IMG/VR virus record: IMGVR_UViG_3300003406_000169
Location: 1 to 41,004 of that record
From: a virus
Lineage: Duplodnaviria; Caudoviricetes
Length of the DNA: 41,004 nucleotides
Strand: one strand, 5' to 3'
Positions 15,068-25,063 of the stretch are shown in pieces; within the stretch, counting starts at the first letter, position 1; each line of letters begins with the position of its first letter. The position numbers and the translations under genes are program-made. The notes below the pieces were generated by a model. That model was not told the origin of the DNA. It saw only the letters and a program-made list of their open reading frames with translations, and searched no databases.

Positions 15068-16932
15068 TGAATCTTAACACCGAAATAATCAAAGGCTTTA
15101 TTGAAGGATTGCGGCCCGAACAGCGCCTAACGGTAAGCCAGTGGGCTGATGAATTCAGGGTGTTAAGTACTGTTAGTTCTGCGGAACCCGGTAAATGGCG
15201 TACAGCGCGGACCCCTTATCTTAAGGAGATAATGGATAAATTAAGTGTCAATGATCCCGCACAGGAGATCATTGTAATGAAAGGTGCACAGGTTGGGCTT
15301 ACCGAAGCAGGATGTAACTGGATCGGTTATACCATAGATGTTGCTCCATGCCCGATGCTGGCAGTGCAACCTACCAAAGATATGGCTGAACGAAATTCTA
15401 AAATTCGTATTCAACCAATGATTGATTCATGCCCATCACTTTCAACCAAGGTAAGGCCTGCCCGTTCGCGGGATAGCGGAAATACGGTTCTTAAAAAAGA
15501 GTACCCCGGCGGAGTGCTGGTTATGCCTGGTGCTAATGCCGCCGCTGGATTACGGTCCATGCCGGCACGAAACTTATTCCTTGATGAGGTGGATGCTTAC
15601 CCCCTTGATCTGGATGGTGAGGGTAGCCCAATTGATCTGGCTAAAGCAAGAACCCGCACATTTCCCAAAAAGAAAATATTTATAATCAGCACACCAACCA
15701 TTCAGGGAGGCTCCATTATAGAGGCTGAATTTCTCACCACATCACAAAAATATTATCACGTTCCTTGCCCGCACTGCGGAGCGTTGCAGATACTAAAATT
15801 TGACAGACTTCGTTGGAAGCCGGGAGATTTCAGCAAGGTAACTTATGAATGTGAACACTGTAATGAATCAATACAAGAACGCTTTAAACCTAAAATGTTT
15901 GCCGCAGGGCTATGGATGTCAACGGTTCCTGAAATGGATAGCATCAGGCGTTTCGGTTATCATATCAGTTCCCTTTATTCTCCATTCGGTTGGTATAGCT
16001 GGGCCCAGGCTGCGGAGGATTATGAAAAGGCCGCCGGCGATATTCCCAAACTAAAAACATTCACCAATACCGTATTAGGCGAAACCTGGAAAGAAGAGGG
16101 TGACGCTCCGCCATGGGAAAGCGTTTATAACCGGCGCGAAATGTATCCACAAAATAAACCGGGTTCTAAAGTTGCATTTCTTACCTGTGGAGTTGACATT
16201 CAAAAAGATCGCATTGAACTGGAAATAGTGGGATGGTCCCATGGTAAGCAATCATATTCTATTGATTACCGTGTATTGCTTGGTAATACCTCCGGCGAAA
16301 CATCGGAAGTGTGGGGGCATTTGGCGAAGGTGTTGGATGAAACATGGGAACGAGAAGATGGCGCTCTTTTATCTGTTCGCCTGATGGCTATTGACAGCGG
16401 GTATAATTCTTCTGAAGTGTATTCCTTTTGCCGGAAATACGATCCATCCCGTGTAATACCAACAAAGGGGAAAGATGCACAAAGTGTTATGATCTCTCCT
16501 CCTCGTGCTGTTGATACTTCCCGGTCAGGGAAAAAAATAAATGATGTCAAAATCTGGCATATAGGTGTTTCGCTGATGAAATCAGAACTATATGGTTGGC
16601 TCCGCCTGCAAAAAAATGAAGATGGTACTTATCCAAATGGGTACTGCCATTTTCCACAATATGATTCCCATTATTTTAAAGGGTTGACTGCGGAAGTTTT
16701 GGAAAGTAAAAAGATACGGGGCTTTGACAGATTTCAGTGGGTAAAAAAATATGAAAGGAATGAGCCATTAGATTGCAGAGTTATTGCCAGGGCTGCAGCT
16801 TCCGTTATTGGTATGGATCGTTTTAAAGATGAACATTGGAATTATTTGGTCACAAATGTTTCTTTCCAAAAGAAAAATAGTAATATAGGTAGCCCCCCAA
16901 AGAAAAAGAAAAGTTCTTTTTGGGATAAATGA
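15067..16932 (+). CDS. Terminase large subunit (lambda GpA family)
   Basis: MKGAQVGLTE, LFLDEVDAY, ISTPT, CPHCG, GVDIQ and RNEPLDC motifs. Confidence 0.95.
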   Translation: MNLNTEIIKGFIEGLRPEQRLTVSQWADEFRVLSTVSSAEPGKWRTARTPYLKEIMDKLSVNDPAQEIIVMKGAQVGLTEAGCNWIGYTIDVAPCPMLAVQPTKDMAERNSKIRIQPMIDSCPSLSTKVRPARSRDSGNTVLKKEYPGGVLVMPGANAAAGLRSMPARNLFLDEVDAYPLDLDGEGSPIDLAKARTRTFPKKKIFIISTPTIQGGSIIEAEFLTTSQKYYHVPCPHCGALQILKFDRLRWKPGDFSKVTYECEHCNESIQERFKPKMFAAGLWMSTVPEMDSIRRFGYHISSLYSPFGWYSWAQAAEDYEKAAGDIPKLKTFTNTVLGETWKEEGDAPPWESVYNRREMYPQNKPGSKVAFLTCGVDIQKDRIELEIVGWSHGKQSYSIDYRVLLGNTSGETSEVWGHLAKVLDETWEREDGALLSVRLMAIDSGYNSSEVYSFCRKYDPSRVIPTKGKDAQSVMISPPRAVDTSRSGKKINDVKIWHIGVSLMKSELYGWLRLQKNEDGTYPNGYCHFPQYDSHYFKGLTAEVLESKKIRGFDRFQWVKKYERNEPLDCRVIARAAASVIGMDRFKDEHWNYLVTNVSFQKKNSNIGSPPKKKKSSFWDK

Positions 16933-16936
16933 TAGT

Positions 16937-17296
16937 ATGGCTATGAATGACAATTATCCAAAACCTTTATACGAACTTGTTATTGAAGCTACATGTATTT
17001 ATTACAAAATAACAAGGGAGGAGCTTTTCGCCAAACGCGCTGTTCAGGCAACTATTGATAAAAAACAGATTTGTTTTTATATCATTAAACAGGAAACTAA
17101 TCTTCGTCTTTCTGCCATATCCCGAATTACCGGCCACAGCCGCACGACCTTACAAAGTGCGTTGGAAAAAGTCGAAGGTGAAAAGGATATTTATAGGCAA
17201 GTTTTAGACCAAATCAATGATATTATGGTTATCGTCTATAACTTACATTCAAAACAAAAAAAGCAATGGGGCAAACGTTCACAAGTGATCAGTTAA
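16937..17296 (+). CDS. DnaA C-terminal-like HTH protein
   Basis: ITREELFAKR...KQICFY..K..TNLRLSAISRITGHSRTTL resembles DnaA domain IV. Confidence 0.55.
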   Translation: MAMNDNYPKPLYELVIEATCIYYKITREELFAKRAVQATIDKKQICFYIIKQETNLRLSAISRITGHSRTTLQSALEKVEGEKDIYRQVLDQINDIMVIVYNLHSKQKKQWGKRSQVIS

Positions 17297-17475
17297 CAGC
17301 CCTGGAAGCTGCTATTGCACAGGGTGCGTTGGTGGTGGAATATGGTGATAAAAGGGTTGAATATCGCAGCCTTAATGAAATGTTACGAATCCGGGATTTA
17401 ATGCGCGAAGTAGTAACTCCGGATTTGGTAAATGGTAACAGGCGATTTGGAGCCTTCAAAAAGGGGTTGTTATGA
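17266..17475 (+). CDS. Head-tail joining protein (lambda gpW-like)
   Basis: LEAAIAQGALVVEYGDKRVEYRSLNEM; lies between terL and portal. Confidence 0.85.
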   Translation: MGQTFTSDQLTALEAAIAQGALVVEYGDKRVEYRSLNEMLRIRDLMREVVTPDLVNGNRRFGAFKKGLL

Positions 17476-18968
17476 ATGTAGTTGATAAAGTTGTTGCCTT
17501 CGTAAATCCAGAAGCAGGCCGACGCAGAGTTGCAAGCCGCATGGCTTTACGTTTACTTGAAAAGAGTAGCCGCAAATTTGAAGCTGCTGCAGGCGGCCGC
17601 CGCACCGATGGTTGGGCAGCATCCGGATCCTCTACTAATATGGAAATTTCCGCCGCACTTCCAAAGTTGCGGTCTCGCTCCAAAGAACTTGCTCGAAATA
17701 ACGGTTATGCACGCAATGGTATTAAGCGCATTGCGAACAATGTAATTGGTACCGGAATATTACCTACGCCATTGAATGTGACAGATGCCGTTTCCAAAAA
17801 AATAATGACTGCATGGCTTTTGTGGGGTGAAAAAGTTAGTTGTGATTTTGATGGCAAATTTAACTTTTACGGGCTGCAAAAATTAGTGATGCGTACCGTA
17901 GCTAAGTGCGGTGAATGCATTATACGACGTGTGAGATTAAAAGACGAAGGAGATAAAATACCTCTCGAATTACAAGTATTAGAACCAGATTTTATTGATA
18001 CTTCAAAAAATGATCAGTTAAAAGTGGATGGAGGTTATATCCTGAATGGCATTGAATATAATGCAAAGGGAAAAGTTGCCGGATACTGGTTATATAAAAG
18101 GCATCCCTTAGAGTTCACTACCGAAAGCGCATTTGTGCCCGCCGCCGATGTTATTCACGTCTTTGATGTTGAAGATCCGGGGCAAAACAGAGGCATTCCT
18201 TTCCTTACGTCTTCCATGCTTCGTTTGAAAGATTTTGATGAGTATGAAGATGCGCAATTGCTCCGCCAAAAGATTGCAGCCTGTTTTTCCGTTTTCATTA
18301 CTGAAAATGAAAACCTTAATCCAATATCCACCAATTCAAGTTCAGAACAATTAGAAAGGGTGGAACCTGGAATAATTGAACATTTGCCACCCGGCAAAAC
18401 AGTTTCTTTTGCTACGCCTCCGCCTGCTGAAGGTTACGATAAATATTCCCAGCAGGTATTGCGTGGAATCTCCGCAGGTATCGGCACGTCCTATGAGGCG
18501 CTGACTAATGATCTCTCCAATGTTAATTTTTCTTCCGGCCGCATGGGCTGGATAGAGTTTCAGCGCAATATTGAAGACTGGCAATGGATGATGCTCATCC
18601 CTGTGTTTTGTGATCGGGCATGGGATTGGTTTGTCGAAGCCGCTGCACTTAAAGGAAATGCAGAGCCTGGTAAAACAATTCCGGTAAGTTGGACAGCTCC
18701 CCGCAGGGAAATGATTGATCCCGTGAAAGAAACCGAGGCGCTATCTGAACAGGTACGCAATGGATTTATAACATGGCATAATGCTGTTAAATCAATGGGT
18801 GAAAATCCGTCTGAAATACTTGCACAAATGATAAAGGATGCAAAAGCATTCGATGCTGCAGGGTTAATGCCCGCATGCGATCCGCGCTTTGATACCAACC
18901 GCGGAAATGAAGAAAAAACTCCTGATAAAAGTAAGTCAAAAGATAAATCATCCGATGATGAAAAGTAG
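17472..18968 (+). CDS. Portal protein, lambda family
   Basis: LRSRSKELARNN, GQNRGIP, DLSNVNFSSGR, IDPVKE. Confidence 0.93.
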   Translation: MNVVDKVVAFVNPEAGRRRVASRMALRLLEKSSRKFEAAAGGRRTDGWAASGSSTNMEISAALPKLRSRSKELARNNGYARNGIKRIANNVIGTGILPTPLNVTDAVSKKIMTAWLLWGEKVSCDFDGKFNFYGLQKLVMRTVAKCGECIIRRVRLKDEGDKIPLELQVLEPDFIDTSKNDQLKVDGGYILNGIEYNAKGKVAGYWLYKRHPLEFTTESAFVPAADVIHVFDVEDPGQNRGIPFLTSSMLRLKDFDEYEDAQLLRQKIAACFSVFITENENLNPISTNSSSEQLERVEPGIIEHLPPGKTVSFATPPPAEGYDKYSQQVLRGISAGIGTSYEALTNDLSNVNFSSGRMGWIEFQRNIEDWQWMMLIPVFCDRAWDWFVEAAALKGNAEPGKTIPVSWTAPRREMIDPVKETEALSEQVRNGFITWHNAVKSMGENPSEILAQMIKDAKAFDAAGLMPACDPRFDTNRGNEEKTPDKSKSKDKSSDDEK

Positions 18969-19062
18969 GTTTTGATTTATTGTCAAACATTTGCCTAATA
19001 ATCGCCTATTCACTTTTTAGCAACCAAAATAGTTTTGGTTTCCAAGATTCATTTTGATCTGC

Positions 19063-20994
19063 ATGAAAAAAGTTCGGGTAAGTGATAATTTGTTCAGAGC
19101 AGCGTTAGACGCGAAAACATTCAATGATGCTGATAACACAGTAGATGTTGTGTTTGCCAGCGAGGCGGAAGTTTTGCGCAATAGCTGGGATGGTAAATTT
19201 ATTGAAGTGCTCGATTGTAAGGAGCCCTCCGTTCGTCTTGAGCGTTTAAATGCCGGGGCCCCGGTTGTTGATTCTCATTCTACTTATTCTTTAAGAAGCC
19301 AATTGGGTGTTGTCGTTCGGGCATGGATTGAAAAAAAATCTTGCCGGGCAACAATCCGCTTTTCTACACGTGAAGAATTTGCCGGTATTATAACTGATAT
19401 AAAAGCTGGCATTATCAAAAACGTTTCTGTTGGCTACAGGGTATACAAGTATGAAGTGAAGGAAGGACAAAAAGACGAAGTACCTACTTACAGGGCACTG
19501 GATTGGGAGCCAATGGAAATATCTATGGTACCCGTTCCCGCTGATTATACAGCTACAGTTAGAGCAGATGAATCCCGCTTTTATGATGCAGAAATTATAA
19601 ACTCAAATCTTTCAAATACCAACAAAATGGCAAAAGAAAACGAAGAAAGGGCCGGCGAAGTTACAACTCCTGCAGCCCCAGCCACACCGGCGCAACAACC
19701 TGCAACCCCTCCTGTTGACGCTGAAGCTATTCGTAGCGCTGCGGTTGCTGCTGAACGTACCCGTTCAGAAGATATCCGCACAGCAGTTCGTGCGGCAAAC
19801 ATTGGTGAAGCTTTTGCCCATAAGCTTATCAACGCTGGTGTTACCATTGATGAAGCCCGCAAACAAATTATTGACAAGCTGGCCGCAGATCAACCCCCGG
19901 TTGAAACGCGGAGCACCCACAGCGCTAAAGTAACGGGACCAGATGAAACTGTGCAAACGCGCAATGCAATGGAGGAAGCTATTTTGCACCGCGCACAGCC
20001 TGGTACTTTCGAATTAAAAACCGATAAGGCCAAGGAATACCGTGGGCATTCGCTGTCTGATTTTGGGCGCTCCATTTTGGAAGCATCCGGAATAAAAGTT
20101 ACTGGCTTTACGCGGGATGAAATTGTTTCCCGTGCATTGGCAACCAGCGATTACCCCGCTTTGTTGTCGGGTGTTGTAAATAAATTTTTGCGCCGTGCTT
20201 ATAGTCTGGCTCCTCAAACCTGGAAGCCTTTGGCAACACAGGTAAGTGCAAGTGATTTTAAACAGATCACAGGAGTGCAGTTCGGAGGAAGTGTTAAACT
20301 GGAAAAAGTTGCCGAACATGGTGAATACAAATATGGTCAACTGGCAGAAAGTAAGGAAGCTTTCAAGCTGGATACCTACGGAAAAATAATTTCAATCACC
20401 AGGCAGGCGCTTGTTAATGATGATTTGAATGGTTTTGCACGGGTTAGCCAATTGTTTGGCGCTGCTGCTGCTAACCTGGAAAGTGACATCATGTGGGGAT
20501 TAATTACAGGTAACCCAACAATGGGTGATGGTGTCGCGCTTTTTCATGCAACTCATAAAAACTTATCGGCCGCCGGAGCCCCCCCCAGTGAGACTACTCT
20601 AAGCACTGCAAGGACAGCCATGTTTAAACAAACTGGTCTTGCCGATGAAAAGCTTAATGTAACGGCACAGTATTTAATCGTTCCCATTGAACTGTATATA
20701 ACCGCTCAAAAACTGATGACGGCCGTTACCGCCGGTAAAACCGCAGATGTGAATGTATTTAACGGTGCATATACGCTTATAACAGATGGCCGTCTTACCG
20801 ATGCCAAAGCATGGTATTTGGCGGCAGCTCCCGGTGCCATTGATACGCTGGCTTATGCATACCTCAATGGTCAGGGCTTATTTACCGAATCCCGCAACGG
20901 CTGGGAAGTAGATGGGGTTGAGATTAAAGCTCGTTTGGATTTTGCCGGCGTGGTTTGGGATCACCGTGGTTTATATAAGGATCCCGGTCAGTAA
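19063..20994 (+). CDS. Fused prohead protease / scaffold / major capsid protein
   Basis: N-terminal protease motifs (DSH, NVSVGYRV, EISMVPVPAD), Pro/Ala-rich linker, C-terminal capsid domain (TSDYPALL, YGKIISITRQALVNDD). Confidence 0.9.
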   Translation: MKKVRVSDNLFRAALDAKTFNDADNTVDVVFASEAEVLRNSWDGKFIEVLDCKEPSVRLERLNAGAPVVDSHSTYSLRSQLGVVVRAWIEKKSCRATIRFSTREEFAGIITDIKAGIIKNVSVGYRVYKYEVKEGQKDEVPTYRALDWEPMEISMVPVPADYTATVRADESRFYDAEIINSNLSNTNKMAKENEERAGEVTTPAAPATPAQQPATPPVDAEAIRSAAVAAERTRSEDIRTAVRAANIGEAFAHKLINAGVTIDEARKQIIDKLAADQPPVETRSTHSAKVTGPDETVQTRNAMEEAILHRAQPGTFELKTDKAKEYRGHSLSDFGRSILEASGIKVTGFTRDEIVSRALATSDYPALLSGVVNKFLRRAYSLAPQTWKPLATQVSASDFKQITGVQFGGSVKLEKVAEHGEYKYGQLAESKEAFKLDTYGKIISITRQALVNDDLNGFARVSQLFGAAAANLESDIMWGLITGNPTMGDGVALFHATHKNLSAAGAPPSETTLSTARTAMFKQTGLADEKLNVTAQYLIVPIELYITAQKLMTAVTAGKTADVNVFNGAYTLITDGRLTDAKAWYLAAAPGAIDTLAYAYLNGQGLFTESRNGWEVDGVEIKARLDFAGVVWDHRGLYKDPGQ

Positions 20995-21011
20995 AATTTA
21001 TTAAAGTAATA

Positions 21012-21037
21012 AGGCATCGTTTGCGGTGCCTGTTTTT
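21012..21037 (+). terminator. Intrinsic terminator after the capsid gene
   Basis: AGGCATCG-tttg-CGGTGCCT followed by GTTTTT. Confidence 0.6.
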
Positions 21038-21062
21038 AAAAGCCTGTATTAAAATTTATACA

Positions 21063-21386
21063 ATGAAAAATTTCATACAAAAGGGGGATTTTATTGATGT
21101 AGTTGCCGGAGGCACTGTAACCGCAGGTAGTGTGATTAAAGTTGGTGATCTAATCGGTATTGCAACTATTGATGCCATATCAGGAGAAACATATCCCGTT
21201 GCACTCACCGGTGTTTTTAGTGTTCCTAAAGCTGGATCGCTGGCTATTAGCCAGGGTGATACCGTGTATTGGGATGTCACTGATGGTAATTTCAATAAAA
21301 CGTCAACCGACAATTTTAAAGGAGGCCATGCTGTTGCTGATGCACTAAGTGCTGACACAACCTTTTTAATCAGGCTTGCACAGTAA
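21063..21386 (+). CDS. DUF2190-like capsid cement/decoration protein
   Basis: MKNFIQKGD start, GVFSVPK, GDTVYWD; follows the capsid gene. Confidence 0.8.
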   Translation: MKNFIQKGDFIDVVAGGTVTAGSVIKVGDLIGIATIDAISGETYPVALTGVFSVPKAGSLAISQGDTVYWDVTDGNFNKTSTDNFKGGHAVADALSADTTFLIRLAQ

Positions 21387-21745
21387 TGCCCGCTGAAAAT
21401 GTTTTTGATGGTATCCGGGATGTAGCTTATGACGTTGTAACTAATTCAATGGGCTACTCTGCAACATGGCTTCCATCTGATAGCGAAGATGGCGCCGAAC
21501 CATTAACGGCAAGAGTTCTTTTTAATAAACCTACGGAAAGGGAAAAATTGGACGGTAGAGAATACGATCCGTTTAAATACACTATGGAATATCGCGCGGA
21601 CGGTTTTCCTGGATTAAAAGGTAAGGTAGATCAGAGTGCAACTGAGTTTGTAACAATTTCTGGTAATGAATTTTATGTAAGGCAGGTATTAACGAAGTAT
21701 GACGGTAACACATTGATTGCTGAGTTAACGCCCCGGAATATTTGA
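21386..21745 (+). CDS. Head-tail joining/closure protein
   Basis: Position and size; beta-rich. Confidence 0.6.
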   Translation: MPAENVFDGIRDVAYDVVTNSMGYSATWLPSDSEDGAEPLTARVLFNKPTEREKLDGREYDPFKYTMEYRADGFPGLKGKVDQSATEFVTISGNEFYVRQVLTKYDGNTLIAELTPRNI

Positions 21746-21763
21746 TTGAAATAAATATTTGAT

Positions 21764-22237
21764 GTGGACATTGGTAACCTGGAAATACAGATCGCAAATT
21801 ACCTCCGGGATAATTTAACGCCCCTGGGTTTTGATGCGGTCCCATTGCCGGAAACCGAATCCGAATTTCTAAAGCCATTTATCCGGGGAAAAGTAACCGT
21901 TGCCTTTACCGGAGAAAAGCCCGCTACTGTTCAGAGTATTAATTATGTGTCGCAGCATGTAACCTTAACGTTTACCTGCAGTTTACAAAGCAGGTTTTTA
22001 AGGGGTGAAAACGGGATACATAAGCTGGCTGAACTCGTAAAAAAAATTTTGATAGGGTATGAGCCCACTGATTGTGGCAGATTGTATTACACCAGCCATG
22101 ATTTTGTAAAATACGATAGTGGCATTTGGGAACACGCGGTTGATTTTGAATGTAAAACTTTAAGGGTTCAGGAAATATTTGAACCGGAAACAGCAGCCCC
22201 AATAACAGATATAAAATTGGATGAAAGCTTTGGATAA
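21764..22237 (+). CDS. Gp37-like tail terminator/completion protein
   Basis: Position before the sheath; ILIGYEP..C and GIWEHAVDF motifs. Confidence 0.6.
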   Translation: MDIGNLEIQIANYLRDNLTPLGFDAVPLPETESEFLKPFIRGKVTVAFTGEKPATVQSINYVSQHVTLTFTCSLQSRFLRGENGIHKLAELVKKILIGYEPTDCGRLYYTSHDFVKYDSGIWEHAVDFECKTLRVQEIFEPETAAPITDIKLDESFG

Positions 22238-22454
22238 ACAATACACATATACGGATTACACACCTTCCCGGTTTAGCCACAAAGGCATTGAGTATGCACT
22301 TTATCCGGAAGAAAAGTATTTTTTACCAGATACCGGTTACGTTCGCGGACTTATCGCACAGGGTAAATTGGTTGAATACCTTCCTCCTGTTAAAAGTGCA
22401 TCGGAAGCACCAAAACCAACTTTTAATAAAAGAACTAAAAATATTGCAAAATGA
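22221..22454 (+). CDS. Small hypothetical protein preceding the sheath
   Basis: 77 aa, overlaps both neighbours. Confidence 0.55.
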   Translation: MKALDKQYTYTDYTPSRFSHKGIEYALYPEEKYFLPDTGYVRGLIAQGKLVEYLPPVKSASEAPKPTFNKRTKNIAK

Positions 22455-23860
22455 GTTACTTGCACGGCGTAGAAGTTATTGAGATCGAACAGGGTTCCCG
22501 GCCCATTTCTGTTGTAAAATCAGCCGTTATTGGTTTGGTTGGTATTGCTCCTATCGGTACGGCGCAAACGCCAATCCTCGTATCAGGCGAAAGGGATGCC
22601 GCGCAATTCGGTAAAAAAATACCTGGATTTAATATTCCCCAGGCGCTGGATGCAATTTTTAAGCAGGGTGCAGGCACCGTTATTGTGGTTAATGTTTTCA
22701 AAGAATCAGACCACACTACGCAGGTAACCGATGAAGCGAAAACGGTAACCGATGGCAAATTAGCACTATCAGCCGCCCCTATTGGTGCGGTTACTATTAA
22801 AGATTCAGATGATGCGGTGGTTACTTTTGTTAAGGACACGGATTACACCCTGGATGAATTTGGGAATTTTACTGTTATATCAGCCGCCATCGCCAATGGT
22901 ACAGCGCTGAAATTCACATTTAAGAAATTGAACGGCGCGGGAGTAATAGGAACCCACATTATTGGAACGGTTGATTCCGGTACTGGCGCCCGCACAGGTA
23001 TGAAGGCCTGGGATCTTGCATTTAATTTGTTTGGGTTCAAGCCTAAAATTTTAATAGCTCCTGGCTATTCTACAGTTTCTGCTGTTGCTGTGGAAATGAT
23101 TTCAATAGCCGATAAATTACGTGCTATTGCTTTGCTTGATGCCCCTTATGGTACAACTGTTTCCGAAGCTATTGCGGGCCGTGGTGTAGCTGGTGAAATT
23201 AATTTCAACACCAGCAGCAAACGTGCTTACTTGCTTTACCCATATTTGAAAGCATATGATGAGGCAACGGATAGCAATATTGATTTTCCATACTCATCTT
23301 TTATGGCTGGTGTTATCGCCGCTACGGATAATGCCGATGGCTATTGGAATAGTCCATCAAATAAGGAAATAAAAGGCATAGTAGGGGCTGAAAGGGATAT
23401 TACAGCAGGTATCAGTGATGTCACCAGCGATGCAAACCTGTTGAATGAAAAAGGTATTACTACCATCTTCAACAGCTTTGGTACCGGCATACGTACATGG
23501 GGTAACCGGTCCGCCGCGTTTCCTACATCCACCTTTCCTGATAACTTTCTATCTGTACGACGCACAGCGGATGTATTACAAGAAAGTGTGGAGCAGGCAT
23601 CATTACAGTTTATTGATAAACCGGCTAACCAGGCGCTGATTGATTCCATCCGTGAGACAGTGAACGGGTTCATTCGTGTATTGGTGGGCCGCGGAGCGCT
23701 GGTTGATGGGAAATGCATATTCGATCGCAATAAAAATACCAATGAAGAAATTGCCGCGGGGCATCTGGTATTTGATATTGAATTTATGCCGCCCACCCCT
23801 GCTGAACGCATAACCTTCAACAGCTTTATTGATTTAAACTTGTTGAAAGTATTGCAATAA
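22451..23860 (+). CDS. Contractile tail sheath protein (P2 FI-like)
   Basis: YLHGVEVIE, PKILIAPG, WNSPSNKEI, RTWGNRS, PPTPAERITF. Confidence 0.95.
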   Translation: MSYLHGVEVIEIEQGSRPISVVKSAVIGLVGIAPIGTAQTPILVSGERDAAQFGKKIPGFNIPQALDAIFKQGAGTVIVVNVFKESDHTTQVTDEAKTVTDGKLALSAAPIGAVTIKDSDDAVVTFVKDTDYTLDEFGNFTVISAAIANGTALKFTFKKLNGAGVIGTHIIGTVDSGTGARTGMKAWDLAFNLFGFKPKILIAPGYSTVSAVAVEMISIADKLRAIALLDAPYGTTVSEAIAGRGVAGEINFNTSSKRAYLLYPYLKAYDEATDSNIDFPYSSFMAGVIAATDNADGYWNSPSNKEIKGIVGAERDITAGISDVTSDANLLNEKGITTIFNSFGTGIRTWGNRSAAFPTSTFPDNFLSVRRTADVLQESVEQASLQFIDKPANQALIDSIRETVNGFIRVLVGRGALVDGKCIFDRNKNTNEEIAAGHLVFDIEFMPPTPAERITFNSFIDLNLLKVLQ

Positions 23861-23917
23861 ACTTAATGTTTATTTTTTGCAGGAATAAGACTATTTAAAA
23901 TCACTTAATTATAAAAA

Positions 23918-24442
23918 ATGTCCACTAAAATCAGTATCAACAGGGTAACCAACGCCAACGTGTGGATTAACGGAAATTCATATTTGGGCAGAGCTGAAGA
24001 GGTTACGCTTCCGCAGATCAAGGCAAAGATGAGTGAACATAAGGGATTGGGGCTATTGGGCGCTCTGGAATATTTTTCCGGAGTGGATAAGCTGGAAGCT
24101 AAATTTAAATGGAATTCTTTTTACCCTGATTTGCTTAAGATGGCCGCAAACCCATATCAGGCGGTTAAGGTGCAGGTACGTTCCAGCCTTGAAACTTACG
24201 AAGGTGGAAGCCGCATTGCACAGGCTGCGGTAGTGGTATATTTTACCGGGCAGTTCCGTGATCTCCCTTTAGGAACTTTTAAACAACAGGATAACGTGGA
24301 GTTGGAAAGCAATATGAGCTTAACGGCTTGTAAGCTTGAGATTGATGGCGTTGAAATTGTTGAAATTGATTTGGAATCAAATATTTATAAAGTGGATGGT
24401 GAGGACCTTCTGGCTCAATACCGTGCAAATCTGGGCATATAA
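23918..24442 (+). CDS. Major tail tube protein (P2 FII-like)
   Basis: YLGRAEEVTLP, EIDLESNIYKVDGEDLL; follows the sheath. Confidence 0.9.
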   Translation: MSTKISINRVTNANVWINGNSYLGRAEEVTLPQIKAKMSEHKGLGLLGALEYFSGVDKLEAKFKWNSFYPDLLKMAANPYQAVKVQVRSSLETYEGGSRIAQAAVVVYFTGQFRDLPLGTFKQQDNVELESNMSLTACKLEIDGVEIVEIDLESNIYKVDGEDLLAQYRANLGI

Positions 24443-24483
24443 ATTTTTGGTCTTATTTCTTTAGTCGCCTGGGGATTAAGACC

Positions 24484-24514
24484 GGCATCATATTAATTTA
24501 TGATGCCTTTTTTT
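24484..24514 (+). terminator. Intrinsic terminator after the tail tube gene
   Basis: GGCATCATA-ttaatt-TATGATGCC followed by T7. Confidence 0.7.
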
Positions 24515-24551
24515 TAACGGCGATATTTAAAACAAATAAAATTTTTCAATT

Positions 24552-24914
24552 ATGGGCGAAACAGCGACTAAAATTTATCCTACTGCAGCAGATGCGGAAG
24601 GATGGTATTATGAGAATGAAGACGACGAAGGGGCAGGTATCTTGACTAAAATGTATGATAATGAATCTCGGGTTAAGAAGGTAGAACTTTCAAAAAATCG
24701 TACTGCAATCATCCGGGAATTGCGTGGTAGGGATTTTAATGTCATCCAGGATATAATTGGCGGCGAAAGTCGCATATCAATGGAAGCCGCTACAATGTCT
24801 TTATCGGTAAAAATTAATGATGAAGGCTATCCTCCTGAATTTTTCATGGATGATTTAAAGCTTTCTGATTTTTCAAAGTTATTAATACCGGTAGGCAGGT
24901 TAAATTTTTCATAA
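24552..24914 (+). CDS. Tail assembly chaperone (gpE/gpG-like)
   Basis: Between tube and tape measure; IRELRGRD..., DDLKLSDF; ends in a slippery site. Confidence 0.75.
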   Translation: MGETATKIYPTAADAEGWYYENEDDEGAGILTKMYDNESRVKKVELSKNRTAIIRELRGRDFNVIQDIIGGESRISMEAATMSLSVKINDEGYPPEFFMDDLKLSDFSKLLIPVGRLNFS

Positions 24915-25063
24915 GCCGTAAAGAAATCGCCTTTACGGCACACTGGTATGGGCAAAGCCCGATAATAGTTGAGGCGTGGACATGTACAGAAATTAGAAGG
25001 TGGCATAATGAAGCGGTGGCGCTGCACAACCATATTAATGGGAGTGATTCACAGGGTAGTTGA
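24908..25063 (+). CDS. -1 frameshift extension of the tail chaperone (gpE'-like), not in the ORF track
   Basis: Heptamer A AAT TTT at 24902-24908; the -1 frame reads FISRKEIAFTAHWYGQSPIIVEAWTCTEIRRWHNEAVALHNHINGSDSQGS*. Confidence 0.75.
   Translation, partial: FISRKEIAFTAHWYGQSPIIVEAWTCTEIRRWHNEAVALHNHINGSDSQGS

Noticed and set aside
21021-21062. TTG-start N-terminal extension of the DUF2190-like gene
   Set aside because: It runs through the capsid terminator hairpin; ATG 21063 gives the typical MKNFIQ start.
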